From NCBI GenBank assembly GCA_046734935.1, contig JBKPSD010000080.1:2605-66604 (forward strand): a DNA stretch of 64,000 nucleotides. The letters run 5' to 3'. Made by a program: the position numbers and the translations under genes. Below, one piece after another: positions 19,839-29,916 of the stretch (position 1 is the first letter of the stretch; every line of letters begins with the position of its first letter). This DNA is from Nitrospirota bacterium (GTDB lineage: Bacteria; Nitrospirota; Nitrospiria; Nitrospirales; Nitrospiraceae). A model generated the notes under the pieces. The model was given only the letters and a program-made list of their open reading frames with translations. It made no database searches and was not told the origin of the DNA.

Positions 19839-21323
19839 ATGTTTAAGCCGGCATTGCTGATCATCGCGGGACGGGTCGCCGGCTATGTGGCTGCCTTCGT
19901 CATTCCGCTCATTCTGGTCCGGATCTTCGATCTCGAGACCTTCGGGACCTATAAGCAATGGTTTCTCCTTTACATCACGCTGCTGACCGTTACGCAAATC
20001 GGCATGTCGGAGAGCCTCTTGTATTTTCTGCCGAGAGGCGATGGGTCGGCCGGACGTTACGTGATGAATTCGATGCTGTTCCTGACCGGCGCGGGAGCGG
20101 CGGTCGCTGTCATCCTGGTGTGCAATGCGGAGACGATCGCGAGGTGGATGAGCAATCCCGCGCTCGAGCCGCTCATTCCCTTGCTCGCGTGGTATCTCCT
20201 GCTCATGCAGATGTCGATTGGTTTGGAAACGGTGATGACTGCCCGTGGCGCCTACCGCTCGGCGGCCGTGGCCTATGCCGCAACGGACGTGACGCGGGCG
20301 CTCTTTCTCCTCATGCCCGTGCTCGTCATGTCCTCCTTACAGGCGCTCTTGTACGGCGCCGTGGCGTTCGCCTGTCTTCGGCTCGCGTTCACCGTCCGCT
20401 ACTTTTGCCGGACCTTCGGAACGGATTTGCGGCCGGACGGCGCCAGTTTCAGGCGACAGCTTGCGTATGCCCTGCCGTTCGCCCTGGCGGTCGTCGCCAG
20501 CGTCGCGCAGGAAAACCTTCACCAATACGCCGTGTCGGCCTTCTTCGACGCAGCGACGTTCGCGGTGTATGCCGTGGGATGCTTGCAGATTCCCCTCGTG
20601 GACGTGGTCGCCACCACGGTGTGCAACGTCATGATGGTAGGAATGACCACGGCCATCCACGACGGGCGGGAGTCACAGGTCATCGATCTCTGGCATGACG
20701 CGGTGCGCAAACTGGCTCTCGTATTCGTGCCATTGACCGTCCTGCTGGTCATCATCGCGCGCGATGTCATCGTCATGCTGTTTACCGAGGCCTATGCTGC
20801 GAGCGTTCCCATTTTCATGGTCAGTGCAATTGCCATCCTGTTTGCAGCCATTCCGATCGACGGGTTGCTGCGTGTCTATGCGAAAACGAAGGTGTTGCTC
20901 TTCATCAACGTGCTGCGCCTCGCGATGATTGCGCTGCTCATTCAATGGGCCATCCGGGCATTCGGACTTGTCGGCGCCGTACTCGTGACGGTTCTTGCTT
21001 TGGCGGTCGGCAAAACGATCGGATTGGCCGCGGCGGGCTCGCTCTGGCGGGTGGCGGTGTGGCGGATATTGCCCTGGGGCGCACTGTCACTCGTCGTCTC
21101 CGTCTCGCTGGCTGCGGCAGTGCCGGCTCTCGCCGTCTCATACGGGCTGCAGACGCCGCCTTTCATCCGGTTGCTCGTGGTCGGCGCCGTGTATGGATCC
21201 GCCTATGCCGCGATGGTCCTCGGGTTCGGTCTTGTATCGGCCCGCGAACGTGCCGCGTTGTCTCAGGCCATCGGCCGCCTGCAGTTCGTGCTCCCTGTCC
21301 GATATCAACATAAGCCTTCTTGA
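19839..21323 (+). CDS. wzx: Wzx-type flippase
   Basis: Many TM segments, IPLILVRIFDLETFGTY, YALPF, FAVYAVG. Located in EPS operon. Confidence 0.85.
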   Translation: MFKPALLIIAGRVAGYVAAFVIPLILVRIFDLETFGTYKQWFLLYITLLTVTQIGMSESLLYFLPRGDGSAGRYVMNSMLFLTGAGAAVAVILVCNAETIARWMSNPALEPLIPLLAWYLLLMQMSIGLETVMTARGAYRSAAVAYAATDVTRALFLLMPVLVMSSLQALLYGAVAFACLRLAFTVRYFCRTFGTDLRPDGASFRRQLAYALPFALAVVASVAQENLHQYAVSAFFDAATFAVYAVGCLQIPLVDVVATTVCNVMMVGMTTAIHDGRESQVIDLWHDAVRKLALVFVPLTVLLVIIARDVIVMLFTEAYAASVPIFMVSAIAILFAAIPIDGLLRVYAKTKVLLFINVLRLAMIALLIQWAIRAFGLVGAVLVTVLALAVGKTIGLAAAGSLWRVAVWRILPWGALSLVVSVSLAAAVPALAVSYGLQTPPFIRLLVVGAVYGSAYAAMVLGFGLVSARERAALSQAIGRLQFVLPVRYQHKPS

Positions 21324-21331
21324 GGTGCGAC

Positions 21332-23272
21332 GTGTGTGGAATTGCGGGAATCGTGTCCCATAAACAACAGACCGTCGATGTCGAAGAACTGCGAGCGATG
21401 TGTGCGGCCCTCGTGTCCCGCGGGCCGGACGACGAAGGGACCTTCGTCAAGGACGGAGCCGGTCTGGCCATGCGCCGTCTGAGCATCATCGATCTCGAGA
21501 CAGGCCATCAGCCGGTGTCGAACGAGGACGGGTCGATCTGGGTGGTGTTGAACGGTGAAATTTATAATTATCGCGAGCTGCGGAGTGAGCTCGAGCGGCG
21601 AGGCCACCGGTTTTCGACGGCGACCGATACGGAAGTGATTGTGCACTTGTATGAAGAGCATGGGGCCGATTGTGTCCAGGCGCTCCGCGGCATGTTTGCG
21701 TTTGCGATCTGGGACGGTCCCCGCCGGCGGCTGATGCTGGCGCGCGACCGGATCGGCATCAAACCGCTGTACTACGGGACCGCTGCCGGCCGCTTCATGT
21801 TTGCCTCAGAGCTGAAAGCGATTCTCCAGTTGCCCGAGGTTGACCGGCGGCTGAACTGGCAGGCGCTCGCCCATCTGCTCGCGTACGGGACCACGCCGCC
21901 CGGAGAGAGCATCGTGGACGGCATCCATAAGCTGGAGCCCGGTCATTGGCTGCGTCTCGATGCGAAGCGCGATCCGGTTGTCGAACGGTATTGGGAGCTG
22001 CGGTTCCAGCCGAATGAACGGCGGTCGGAGGGCGAGACGGTCGAGGAGCTGCGCGCGAAGCTCCAGGAATCGGTCCGATACCATCTCGTGAGCGATGTCC
22101 CGGTCGGCGCGTTTCTGAGCGGCGGCATCGACTCCAGCGCGGTCGTGGCTTCCATGGCCGCCAGCTCGTCGTCACGCATCAAAACCTTTTCTATCGGATT
22201 TCGGGAGGAGGAGTTCAACGAACTGCCCTACGCGAGGCTGGTGGCTCAACGGTTTGGCACGGACCATCACGAACTCGTGCTGCAGCCGGACGTGGCCGCT
22301 CTGCTCGAGCATCTCGCGTGGGACCTCGATGAGCCCTTCGGCGATTCGTCGGCCATTCCCACGTACATGGTTTCGCGGCTCGCCGGACAGCACGTCAAGG
22401 TCGTGCTCTCCGGTGACGGCGGTGACGAGTTGTTCGGCGGATACGATAAGTACGTGGTCGAAGGCCGGGATCGCATGGCGCGCTTTCTCCCCGGGTCCGT
22501 GCGAGCCTTGCTCGCCAAGACGTCGGATGCCCTGCCGGAGGACGCCAAAGGAAAACAGTTTCTCGAATATCTCTCAAAACCCGACGGGGAACGGTACGTG
22601 TATGCCACGACGCTCTTCCGGCCCGACCACCAGCAACGCCTGTTGACAGACTGGGCCAGGGATCAGATCGGTGAGGCCCATCCGGAGCGATTGTGCCTTG
22701 AGCGTCTGGGTCGGCATGAGGGCCACTGGTTGTCAACCCTGCAGGACTTGGATTTCCGCCACTACCTGCCGCTGGACATTCTGACCAAGGTCGACCGCAT
22801 GAGCATGGCGCATTCCCTCGAGGCACGCGTGCCGTTGCTCGACCATCCCTTTGTGGAATTCGCCGCGACGATTCCCGCCGAGTGGAAACTCCATCGCGGG
22901 AGAACCAAGCACATTTTTGTCAAAGCCCTTCGCGGCTGGCTGCCCGACGAGGTCCTCGACCGTTCGAAAAAGGGATTTGGCGTTCCGCTGAACCGGTGGT
23001 TCCGCGGTCCGCTCCGGCCGGTAGTGCAGGAGTTATTGCTGTCGGACACGTTCCGGCGCCGGGGGATTTTTGACGCAGCCTACGTGAAGAGGCTGGTCGA
23101 GCGGCAGGAGCAGGGAAGACCGCTGGACCTCCATCTGTGGACGCTGATGTCCTTTGAATTGTGGTGCCGCACGTTCATGGATCGGCGATCGACGCCCGTG
23201 ACGCAGCCGGCTCGAAGGTCGTCCGCCGTCGCCCGACCGGTCGCGGCCCATGCGCGCTCAATGGCGTCGTGA
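21332..23272 (+). CDS. asnB: Asparagine synthase-family glutamine amidotransferase 1
   Basis: GTG start gives N-terminal (M)CGIAG. RRLSIIDL, NGEIYN, LSGGIDSS, SGDGGDELFGGY, DRMSMAHSLEARVP. Confidence 0.92.
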   Translation: MCGIAGIVSHKQQTVDVEELRAMCAALVSRGPDDEGTFVKDGAGLAMRRLSIIDLETGHQPVSNEDGSIWVVLNGEIYNYRELRSELERRGHRFSTATDTEVIVHLYEEHGADCVQALRGMFAFAIWDGPRRRLMLARDRIGIKPLYYGTAAGRFMFASELKAILQLPEVDRRLNWQALAHLLAYGTTPPGESIVDGIHKLEPGHWLRLDAKRDPVVERYWELRFQPNERRSEGETVEELRAKLQESVRYHLVSDVPVGAFLSGGIDSSAVVASMAASSSSRIKTFSIGFREEEFNELPYARLVAQRFGTDHHELVLQPDVAALLEHLAWDLDEPFGDSSAIPTYMVSRLAGQHVKVVLSGDGGDELFGGYDKYVVEGRDRMARFLPGSVRALLAKTSDALPEDAKGKQFLEYLSKPDGERYVYATTLFRPDHQQRLLTDWARDQIGEAHPERLCLERLGRHEGHWLSTLQDLDFRHYLPLDILTKVDRMSMAHSLEARVPLLDHPFVEFAATIPAEWKLHRGRTKHIFVKALRGWLPDEVLDRSKKGFGVPLNRWFRGPLRPVVQELLLSDTFRRRGIFDAAYVKRLVERQEQGRPLDLHLWTLMSFELWCRTFMDRRSTPVTQPARRSSAVARPVAAHARSMAS

Positions 23273-23307
23273 CCAGTATGTCGGGAGAGGGTTCGGAGGA
23301 TCCAGCT

Positions 23308-24414
23308 ATGACAAGTGATCGTTCGATGCAGCCTAAAATCGCCATGGTGGCACCCAGCCTCGGCATCCTCGGCGGACAAGCCGTGCAAGCCAAAGTGCTC
23401 GCCGATCATCTGCGGGTCGACGGCTATCAGGTTCAGCTCGTGCCGATCAATCCGCCGTTTCCGCGTGGCGCCGGATGGCTCAAGCGTCTGCGATACGTCA
23501 GGACGGTGGCCAACGAGGGATTGTATCTGCCCACCCTTCGGAAGCTGCGGTGCGCCGACGTGGTGCACATAGCCTCGGCCTCCTACTGGTCGTTTCTGCT
23601 GGCGCCGCTCCCTGCCATCGTCGCGGCGCGCCGTTGGGGGAAGCCGATCTTGCTCAACTATCACAGCGGCGAGGCCGCCGACCATCTCGCCAATTGGGGC
23701 TCTCTCGTGCATCCCTGGTTGAAGATGGTCGACAAAATCGTGGTGCCGTCCGTGTTTCTGAGGGATGTCTTCGCAAGGCACGGGTATCAGGCCGAGGTCA
23801 TCCATAACGTCATCGATACCACCCAGTACCGTTATCGGGAGCGGCAGCCGCTCTTACCGGAATTTTTGTCCGTGCGAAATTTCGAGCCGCACTATGGAGT
23901 CGAATATACGCTGATCGCCTTCGCGATGATCCAGACGGTCTTTCCCGCGGCATCGCTGACGGTGGCGGGCGTGGGCCCTCAAGAGCCGGAGCTCAAGCAT
24001 CTGGCCCAGGCGCTGTCGCTGCGGAACGTCCGCTTTATCGGCGGCGTGGATCCTGCGTCGATGCCTGACCTGTATGACAGTCACTCGGTGTTCCTGAATT
24101 CGTCCTTCGTCGACAATCAGCCCCTCTCGGTGCTCGAGGCAATGGCTTCCGGGATGCCCGTCATCAGCACGCCGATCGGCGATATTCCGAACATGGTGCA
24201 AGACGGTGAATCCGGCACGTTGGTCCGGGCCGGGGATCCGTATGCCATGGCCAAGGCGGCAACCCTGTTGCTGGAGCAACCGGAACGTGCGGCGCTCATG
24301 GCGAGACGCGCGAAGGAGTCGCTCATGCAATACGACTGGTCCAACGTCGGACCCGCCTGGGCCGGCACCTATCGGCGGCTGGCGGCCGCTTCGTACGACA
24401 GGGAGGCAGCTTAA
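23308..24414 (+). CDS. Glycosyltransferase family 4
   Basis: GGQAVQA, NYHSGEA, RNFEPHY, NSSFVDNQPLSVLEAMASGMPVIST. GGAGG RBS before 23308. Confidence 0.88.
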   Translation: MTSDRSMQPKIAMVAPSLGILGGQAVQAKVLADHLRVDGYQVQLVPINPPFPRGAGWLKRLRYVRTVANEGLYLPTLRKLRCADVVHIASASYWSFLLAPLPAIVAARRWGKPILLNYHSGEAADHLANWGSLVHPWLKMVDKIVVPSVFLRDVFARHGYQAEVIHNVIDTTQYRYRERQPLLPEFLSVRNFEPHYGVEYTLIAFAMIQTVFPAASLTVAGVGPQEPELKHLAQALSLRNVRFIGGVDPASMPDLYDSHSVFLNSSFVDNQPLSVLEAMASGMPVISTPIGDIPNMVQDGESGTLVRAGDPYAMAKAATLLLEQPERAALMARRAKESLMQYDWSNVGPAWAGTYRRLAAASYDREAA

Positions 24415-24416
24415 CG

Positions 24417-26351
24417 ATGTGCGCGATTGCCGGGATTCTGAAATTCAACCTGCGGGAACGGGTGGAGCGCTCGCGGCTCGTGCGCATGGCCGATGTACAG
24501 CAGCATCGCGGTCCAGACGGGGCGGGGCTGTGGCTGGACGGTGCCGTGGGGCTTGCGCACCGACGGCTCGCGATCATTGACGTGGCCGGCGGCCACCAGC
24601 CCATGACCAACGAGGACGACAGCGTGTGGATCGTCTTCAACGGCGAAATTTACAACCATCTGGTCTTGCGTCGCGAGATGCAGCGAGCCGGTCATCGTTA
24701 TCGGACGAAGAGCGATACGGAGACGATTCTCCATCTCTACGAAACGTACGGGGCGGGCTGCGTGGACCGGTTACAAGGGATGTTCGGCTTCGCGATCTGG
24801 GACCGCCGGCAACGCCGCCTGCTGCTGGCCCGCGATCGCCTGGGCATCAAACCCGTCTATTACGCCTGTACCGACAGCGAACTGCTGTTTGCCTCCGAAA
24901 TCAAGGGTCTCGTCGCGGCCGGTGGATTCAAGATCGCGTTCAATGAGACGATCCTCCCCGAGTACCTGGCGAACCGCTACGTGGCCGGGGAAGAGACGTT
25001 TTACCGAGGTGTGAACAAGCTCCTGCCAGGACATCTGCTCGAATGGTCCGAGGACGACGGCTGCCGCCTGAGCCGGTACTGGCATCCGCCTCAGGACAGC
25101 GCGGATGAAGACGTCTCGCTCCCCGAGCAGGCGAAGCAGCTCCGGGCGGGCCTCGAGAAGGCGGTGCAAAGCCATCTCATGAGCGACGTGCCGCTGGGGC
25201 TCTTTCTTTCCGGCGGCTTGGATTCCAGCGGTCTTGCGGCGTTGATGGCGCCGATGATGCCTCAGCCCGTGAAGACCTTCGCCGTCGGATTCGCCGAACG
25301 TGAAGCCAACGAGTTGCACTACGCCCGGCTCGTGTCGCGCGCGATCGGGGCGGATCATCACGAAGTGCTGGTCTCGCCGAATCAATTCATGCAGGCTTTG
25401 CCGAGGCTGATCTGGCATGAAGACGAGCCCATCGCCTTTCCGTCCAGCGTGCCCTTGTTCTTCGTGTCACGGCTTGCCAGACGGCACGTCAAGGTCGTCC
25501 TGACCGGCGAAGGCGCCGACGAACTCTTCCTTGGATATGATTACCGTTACCGGGTGACGGCACTCAACGAGCGCATCGGCCGCGTCTATTGGAAAGGCGT
25601 TCCTCGCTTTCTCCGCCGGCGCATCACCGGTTCCCTGCCGCTCCTGCCGGTACCGATCCAACGCTACGCCTCCCGGACGGTGCTGGCCTACGAACCTGGG
25701 CCGCGCGGCCTATTCTTCGACAATTTTTCGGTGTTCCCCGAATCGCTGCAACGCGCGCTGCTCCTGGATGAAGGAGCGGTCGGGGCAGCGGACCCGTACG
25801 CCGCAGGCATGCGGTACTGGAACGAGCATCACGGCAGTCTGCTCGAGCGCATGAGTTACGCGGACGTGGCCACACACCTCGTCGAATTGCTGATGAAGCA
25901 GGACCAGATGAGCATGGCGGCTTCGCTGGAGAGCCGGGTCCCCTATCTGGACCACCAGATCGTCGAGCAGGCGATGCTAATTCCCGGCGCGCAGCGGATG
26001 AAGCGATGGCAGACGAAGCTCGTCCTCCGGGAGGCCCTCCGCCCCCTCGTGCCTGAGGCCGTCTTGACCAGATCGAAGATGGGCTTCCCGGTGCCTTTTG
26101 GATCCTGGTTGCGGGGCGCATTTCGACCCACGCTCGAGGAGTATGTCGTCAGTCCCAGGGCGTTGGACCGGGGACTATTCAAACCGGAGACCCTGCGCAG
26201 GCTCGTCGACGATCATGTGACGGGCACCCGCTCGCACGCCGATCGCCTGTGGCTGCTCATCAATCTCGAGTTGTGGATGCGGATGGCCATAGACGGCGAA
26301 GAGCCTCAGCCGCTCGAAGAGCGGGTGGAGAGCGTGGCGGTCACCGCTTGA
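24417..26351 (+). CDS. asnB: Asparagine synthase-family glutamine amidotransferase 2
   Basis: MCAIAG, HRGPDG, HRRLAIID, NGEIYN, LSGGLDSS, TGEGADELFLGY. Confidence 0.92.
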   Translation: MCAIAGILKFNLRERVERSRLVRMADVQQHRGPDGAGLWLDGAVGLAHRRLAIIDVAGGHQPMTNEDDSVWIVFNGEIYNHLVLRREMQRAGHRYRTKSDTETILHLYETYGAGCVDRLQGMFGFAIWDRRQRRLLLARDRLGIKPVYYACTDSELLFASEIKGLVAAGGFKIAFNETILPEYLANRYVAGEETFYRGVNKLLPGHLLEWSEDDGCRLSRYWHPPQDSADEDVSLPEQAKQLRAGLEKAVQSHLMSDVPLGLFLSGGLDSSGLAALMAPMMPQPVKTFAVGFAEREANELHYARLVSRAIGADHHEVLVSPNQFMQALPRLIWHEDEPIAFPSSVPLFFVSRLARRHVKVVLTGEGADELFLGYDYRYRVTALNERIGRVYWKGVPRFLRRRITGSLPLLPVPIQRYASRTVLAYEPGPRGLFFDNFSVFPESLQRALLLDEGAVGAADPYAAGMRYWNEHHGSLLERMSYADVATHLVELLMKQDQMSMAASLESRVPYLDHQIVEQAMLIPGAQRMKRWQTKLVLREALRPLVPEAVLTRSKMGFPVPFGSWLRGAFRPTLEEYVVSPRALDRGLFKPETLRRLVDDHVTGTRSHADRLWLLINLELWMRMAIDGEEPQPLEERVESVAVTA

Positions 26352-26365
26352 CGGCAATCGCGGCA

Positions 26366-28522
26366 ATGCAACCGATCACAGCCAGATTGAGAAAACTCGC
26401 CCGCATGTCGCCTGCCGAGTGGCATGAGCGGGGACGGCAGCTCCTGTCGAAGTCTGGCGAGCGTTTCCTCGGCCTGCAACAGGGGGAGTTAACCGACCGG
26501 ACGTTCCGGCGGCGGCTCCTGCCGCCGTTCAGTCAGGCGTCCATCGACTCGATGGCGGCGGACGTCTTGGACGTGATGCGTGGGCTCGACTTCAGCCGCC
26601 GTCCCTTCATGCCGCTGTTCGGCGCGCGCGAATTGTCGGCGTCGATGTTCCGCCGGCGGTTCCCTGAAGAATTTCAGCGCCTGCTTCACCGTGCGGATCG
26701 GGCCGTCGCCGGCCGGTTCGATCTGCTCGGCCTCGTCAACGTCTCCTTCGGACATCCGATCGACTGGCGGCTGGAGCCGTTGTCGCGGAAACGGACGGGG
26801 AGCGTCCATTGGAGTGCGATCAATTACCTGAATCCGGCCGTCGCAGGCGATAAGAAGATCACCTGGGAGCTCAATCGCCACGCGCATTTCGTCACGCTCG
26901 GCCAGGCCTATCTTCTCACGAAAGATGACCGCTATGCCGAGGCCTTCATTACCCAGCTCACCGGCTGGCTGGACGCGAATCCTCCCCGGCGCGGGATCAA
27001 TTGGGCCAGCACGCTTGAGGTCTCGCTCCGGTCCATCGCCTGGCTCTGGGCCGTGCCCTGTTTCGCCTGGTCGGAACGGCTGACTCCCTCCATTATATGG
27101 AGAGTGCTCAAGAGCCTGGTCCAGCACGCGTCGTACATCGAATCGTACCTCTCCTATTACTTTGCGCCCAATACCCATTTGACCGGAGAGGCGCTGGGTC
27201 TCCTGTATCTGGGTACGGCGCTGCCCTGGATGACGGATGCTGCTCGCTGGCGGGAACTGGGGGTCCGAATCCTGGTCGAACAGATGCCGCGTCACGTGCA
27301 GAGCGACGGCGTGTATTTCGAGCACGCCTCGTACTATCACCGCTATACGACCGACTTTTATCTGCACACGCTGCTGCTGGCTCGCGCTGGCGGGATTGCC
27401 CTTCCCGCCGATATGTCGGAGAGCCTGGGACGGCTGCTCGATCATCTACTATGGATAACGAGACCGGACGGCAGAAGCACCCTCTATGGGGACGACGACG
27501 GTGGTCGGTTGCTGGCCCTGCATCAGCGGCATGCGGACGATTTCCGGGATACGTTGCAGGTGGGAGCGGCGCTGCAGGGCGAGGGGAGATGGAAGTGGGC
27601 CGCCGGCCCGGCTGGCCCGGAATTGCTTTGGCTGCTGGGCCCCGAAGGGTTGGAAGCGTACGACCGTCTGACGCCCGTAGAGCCCGAAAGCATGGTTCGT
27701 CACTTTTCATCGAGCGGCCTGGTCGTGCTGCGGGACGGCTGGAACGAACGATCGAGCTACGTCTTCGTCGATGCAGGCCCGCACGGCTCTATGAACTACG
27801 TCCACGCCCATGCCGACGCCTTGTCGTTCGAGTATGCATCGAATGGCGTGACGTGGATCGTCGATCCGGGCACGTACACCTATACCAACGATGCGGCGTT
27901 GCGCGACCAATTCCGATCGTCTTCCGGACACAATACGCTGGTGGTCGAAGGGCAATCTCAATCCCAGCCGAACGGACCATTTTCGTGGGCGCAAGTCGCG
28001 GAAACGAGCCTGCAGGACGTGACCGAGACCGCCGAAGGCGTCACGTGCGTCGGAGAACAGAACGGGTACGAACGGTTGGATCCTCCGGTGCGCCATCAAC
28101 GCTCCGTTCAATTACTCAAAAGACCGGACTGTCCCTCAGGATCGTATCTCTTGATCGAAGATCGGGCCGCCACCGCCGGTTCCTACCGATATGAACTGCG
28201 GTTTCATTTGGCCCCCGATTGCAAACCCGGCCGCAGCAATGGCCGGTTCGTAGTCCACCATCCCAACGGCCCGCAACTGGCCTTGGCCATCTGGCGTATC
28301 GATGAAAAACGGCAGGGAACGCCGCTTCCCATCCGCGTGGAAGAGGGATGGGTGTCCCGCGAATACGCGCGCCGAGTCCCGGCGCCGGTCGTCGTTGCCG
28401 AGGCGCAGGGAGCCGGCGATCAGACCTTTGTGACGATCCTTGTGCCGGTCGATCGAGAGGCGGCGATCGAACTGGCGCAGTTGGCGCGAGTGAATGTGGA
28501 ATGCGACGTGCTTGCGGCGTGA
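26366..28522 (+). CDS. Heparinase II/III-family (PL12-like) protein
   Basis: DKKITWELNRH, NPPRRGINW, PNTHL, DGVYFE.ASYYHRY, GDDDGG, HAHADALS, VDPGTYTY, HNTLVVEG. No evident signal peptide. Confidence 0.88.
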   Translation: MQPITARLRKLARMSPAEWHERGRQLLSKSGERFLGLQQGELTDRTFRRRLLPPFSQASIDSMAADVLDVMRGLDFSRRPFMPLFGARELSASMFRRRFPEEFQRLLHRADRAVAGRFDLLGLVNVSFGHPIDWRLEPLSRKRTGSVHWSAINYLNPAVAGDKKITWELNRHAHFVTLGQAYLLTKDDRYAEAFITQLTGWLDANPPRRGINWASTLEVSLRSIAWLWAVPCFAWSERLTPSIIWRVLKSLVQHASYIESYLSYYFAPNTHLTGEALGLLYLGTALPWMTDAARWRELGVRILVEQMPRHVQSDGVYFEHASYYHRYTTDFYLHTLLLARAGGIALPADMSESLGRLLDHLLWITRPDGRSTLYGDDDGGRLLALHQRHADDFRDTLQVGAALQGEGRWKWAAGPAGPELLWLLGPEGLEAYDRLTPVEPESMVRHFSSSGLVVLRDGWNERSSYVFVDAGPHGSMNYVHAHADALSFEYASNGVTWIVDPGTYTYTNDAALRDQFRSSSGHNTLVVEGQSQSQPNGPFSWAQVAETSLQDVTETAEGVTCVGEQNGYERLDPPVRHQRSVQLLKRPDCPSGSYLLIEDRAATAGSYRYELRFHLAPDCKPGRSNGRFVVHHPNGPQLALAIWRIDEKRQGTPLPIRVEEGWVSREYARRVPAPVVVAEAQGAGDQTFVTILVPVDREAAIELAQLARVNVECDVLAA

Positions 28523-28527
28523 AGCCG

Positions 28528-28602
28528 ATCTCAAATTTCACGTCTCATCTCTCAAATAGGAATCATAGGCTAGCCCCTATCTCAATCTGAGATCTGAGAC
28601 CT
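28528..28602. repeat. Degenerate heptamer array with inverted copies (TCTCA family)
   Basis: ATCTCAA-ATTTCAC-GTCTCAT-CTCTCAA (28528-28555); ATCTCAA-TCTGAGA-TCTGAGA (28579-28599). Confidence 0.7.
28566..28579. promoter_or_regulatory. TAGG-N6-CCTA box
   Basis: TAGGCTAGCCCCTA; the same 14-bp pattern occurs at 35719 and 38157. Confidence 0.5.
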
Positions 28603-28612
28603 CCTGAGGAAT

Positions 28613-29905
28613 ATGCGTCTACTCTGGCTCAAGACCAACCTGCTCCATCCTGTCGACACGGGAGGGAAAATCCGTACCTACTATATGCTGCGCGAGCTGA
28701 AGCGGCGACATCATGTGACGTATCTGGCCCTGGACGACGGCACGGCCTCGCCGGATGCAGCGGAGCGCGCGGCGGAGTATTGCCATGACCTGATTCGTGT
28801 CCCTCACCGGACGTCATCCAAGTTTTCGCTCCGCTTTTTTGCGGAAGTGGCGCGAAACCTCGGATCGCCGCTTCCCTATGCGGTGGAGAAGTACCGGTCG
28901 TCAGAATTTGGAATGCAGATCGCCCGTGAACAGATGAAGGCGGATGTGGTCGTCTGTGATTTCCTGTTTCCCAGCGTGAACGTCCAGGAGCCGCTCTTGC
29001 GGCCTTCGGTTCTGTTCCAACACAACGTCGAGGCGATCATCTGGCGGCGCCACGCGGAGATCCAGCGGAACCGCCTGTTGCGCCGGCTGTTTCTCGCTCA
29101 GTGGCGGCGGATGCGCGAGTTCGAGCGGGCTGCCTGCCACCGATATGACGCGATCGTCGCGGTTTCGCCGCAGGACCGCGCCGTCATCGAGACCGACTAT
29201 GGCGCACCGCTTGTCCGCGATATTCCCACAGGCGTCGACACCGAGTATTTTTGCCCGTCAGGCTCCGTGGAACCGGATCCGCGCCATCTCGTCTTTACCG
29301 GCTCCATGGACTGGCTGCCGAACGACGACGCCATGAGATATTTTGTCCGAACCATTTTCCCCCGAATTCGAGCGGCCTGCCCCGAGGCTTCGCTGACCAT
29401 CGTCGGGCGGAATCCGTTTCCGGGCCTGACTGCGTTGACGCGCGAGTGCCCCTCCATCCGCGTGACCGGCCAGGTCGCCGACGTCCGGCCCTATATGGAG
29501 CGGGCGGCTGTGTACGTGATCCCGCTCAGGATCGGCGGCGGGACCAGGCTCAAAGTGTTTGAGGCCATGGCCATGGGTAAATCCATCGTCTCCACGTCAA
29601 TCGGCGTTGAAGGGCTGCCGATCGCAAACGGCACGGATGCGCTCATTGCCGACGAGCCCGATGCCTTCGCAGACGCCGTCATCCGGCTGCTCCGCGACCG
29701 CACGTTCGCCAGACGCCTCGGTGAGGCGGCAGCCGGCAAGGTCAGGACGCAATTCGGATGGGCGCCGGTCGCCGGTGCGTTTCTCGAAGCCTGCGAGCTG
29801 GCCCGCACGCAGTGGAAGCACAAACAACAACAGCTCGAGAGGCATTGGGGTGAGAACGCCTCTGATGCCTCTTATCCCAAGGCACGGCAACTCAGCATGT
29901 CCTGA
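28613..29905 (+). CDS. Glycosyltransferase family 4
   Basis: PVDTGGKIRT, HNVE, PTGVDTEYF, FTGSMDWLPN, PLRIGGGTRLKVFEAMAMG. Confidence 0.9.
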   Translation: MRLLWLKTNLLHPVDTGGKIRTYYMLRELKRRHHVTYLALDDGTASPDAAERAAEYCHDLIRVPHRTSSKFSLRFFAEVARNLGSPLPYAVEKYRSSEFGMQIAREQMKADVVVCDFLFPSVNVQEPLLRPSVLFQHNVEAIIWRRHAEIQRNRLLRRLFLAQWRRMREFERAACHRYDAIVAVSPQDRAVIETDYGAPLVRDIPTGVDTEYFCPSGSVEPDPRHLVFTGSMDWLPNDDAMRYFVRTIFPRIRAACPEASLTIVGRNPFPGLTALTRECPSIRVTGQVADVRPYMERAAVYVIPLRIGGGTRLKVFEAMAMGKSIVSTSIGVEGLPIANGTDALIADEPDAFADAVIRLLRDRTFARRLGEAAAGKVRTQFGWAPVAGAFLEACELARTQWKHKQQQLERHWGENASDASYPKARQLSMS

Positions 29906-29916
29906 TGGAGGTGGAA

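Noticed and set aside
21332-26351. AsnB genes as lasso-peptide cyclases
   Set aside because: Both keep a full glutaminase domain with N-terminal Cys; no B-protein, RRE or precursor peptide nearby.
27097-28194. 365-aa alternate-frame ORF inside the heparinase-like gene
   Set aside because: Arg/Gly/Ala-rich off-frame translation typical of high-GC DNA.
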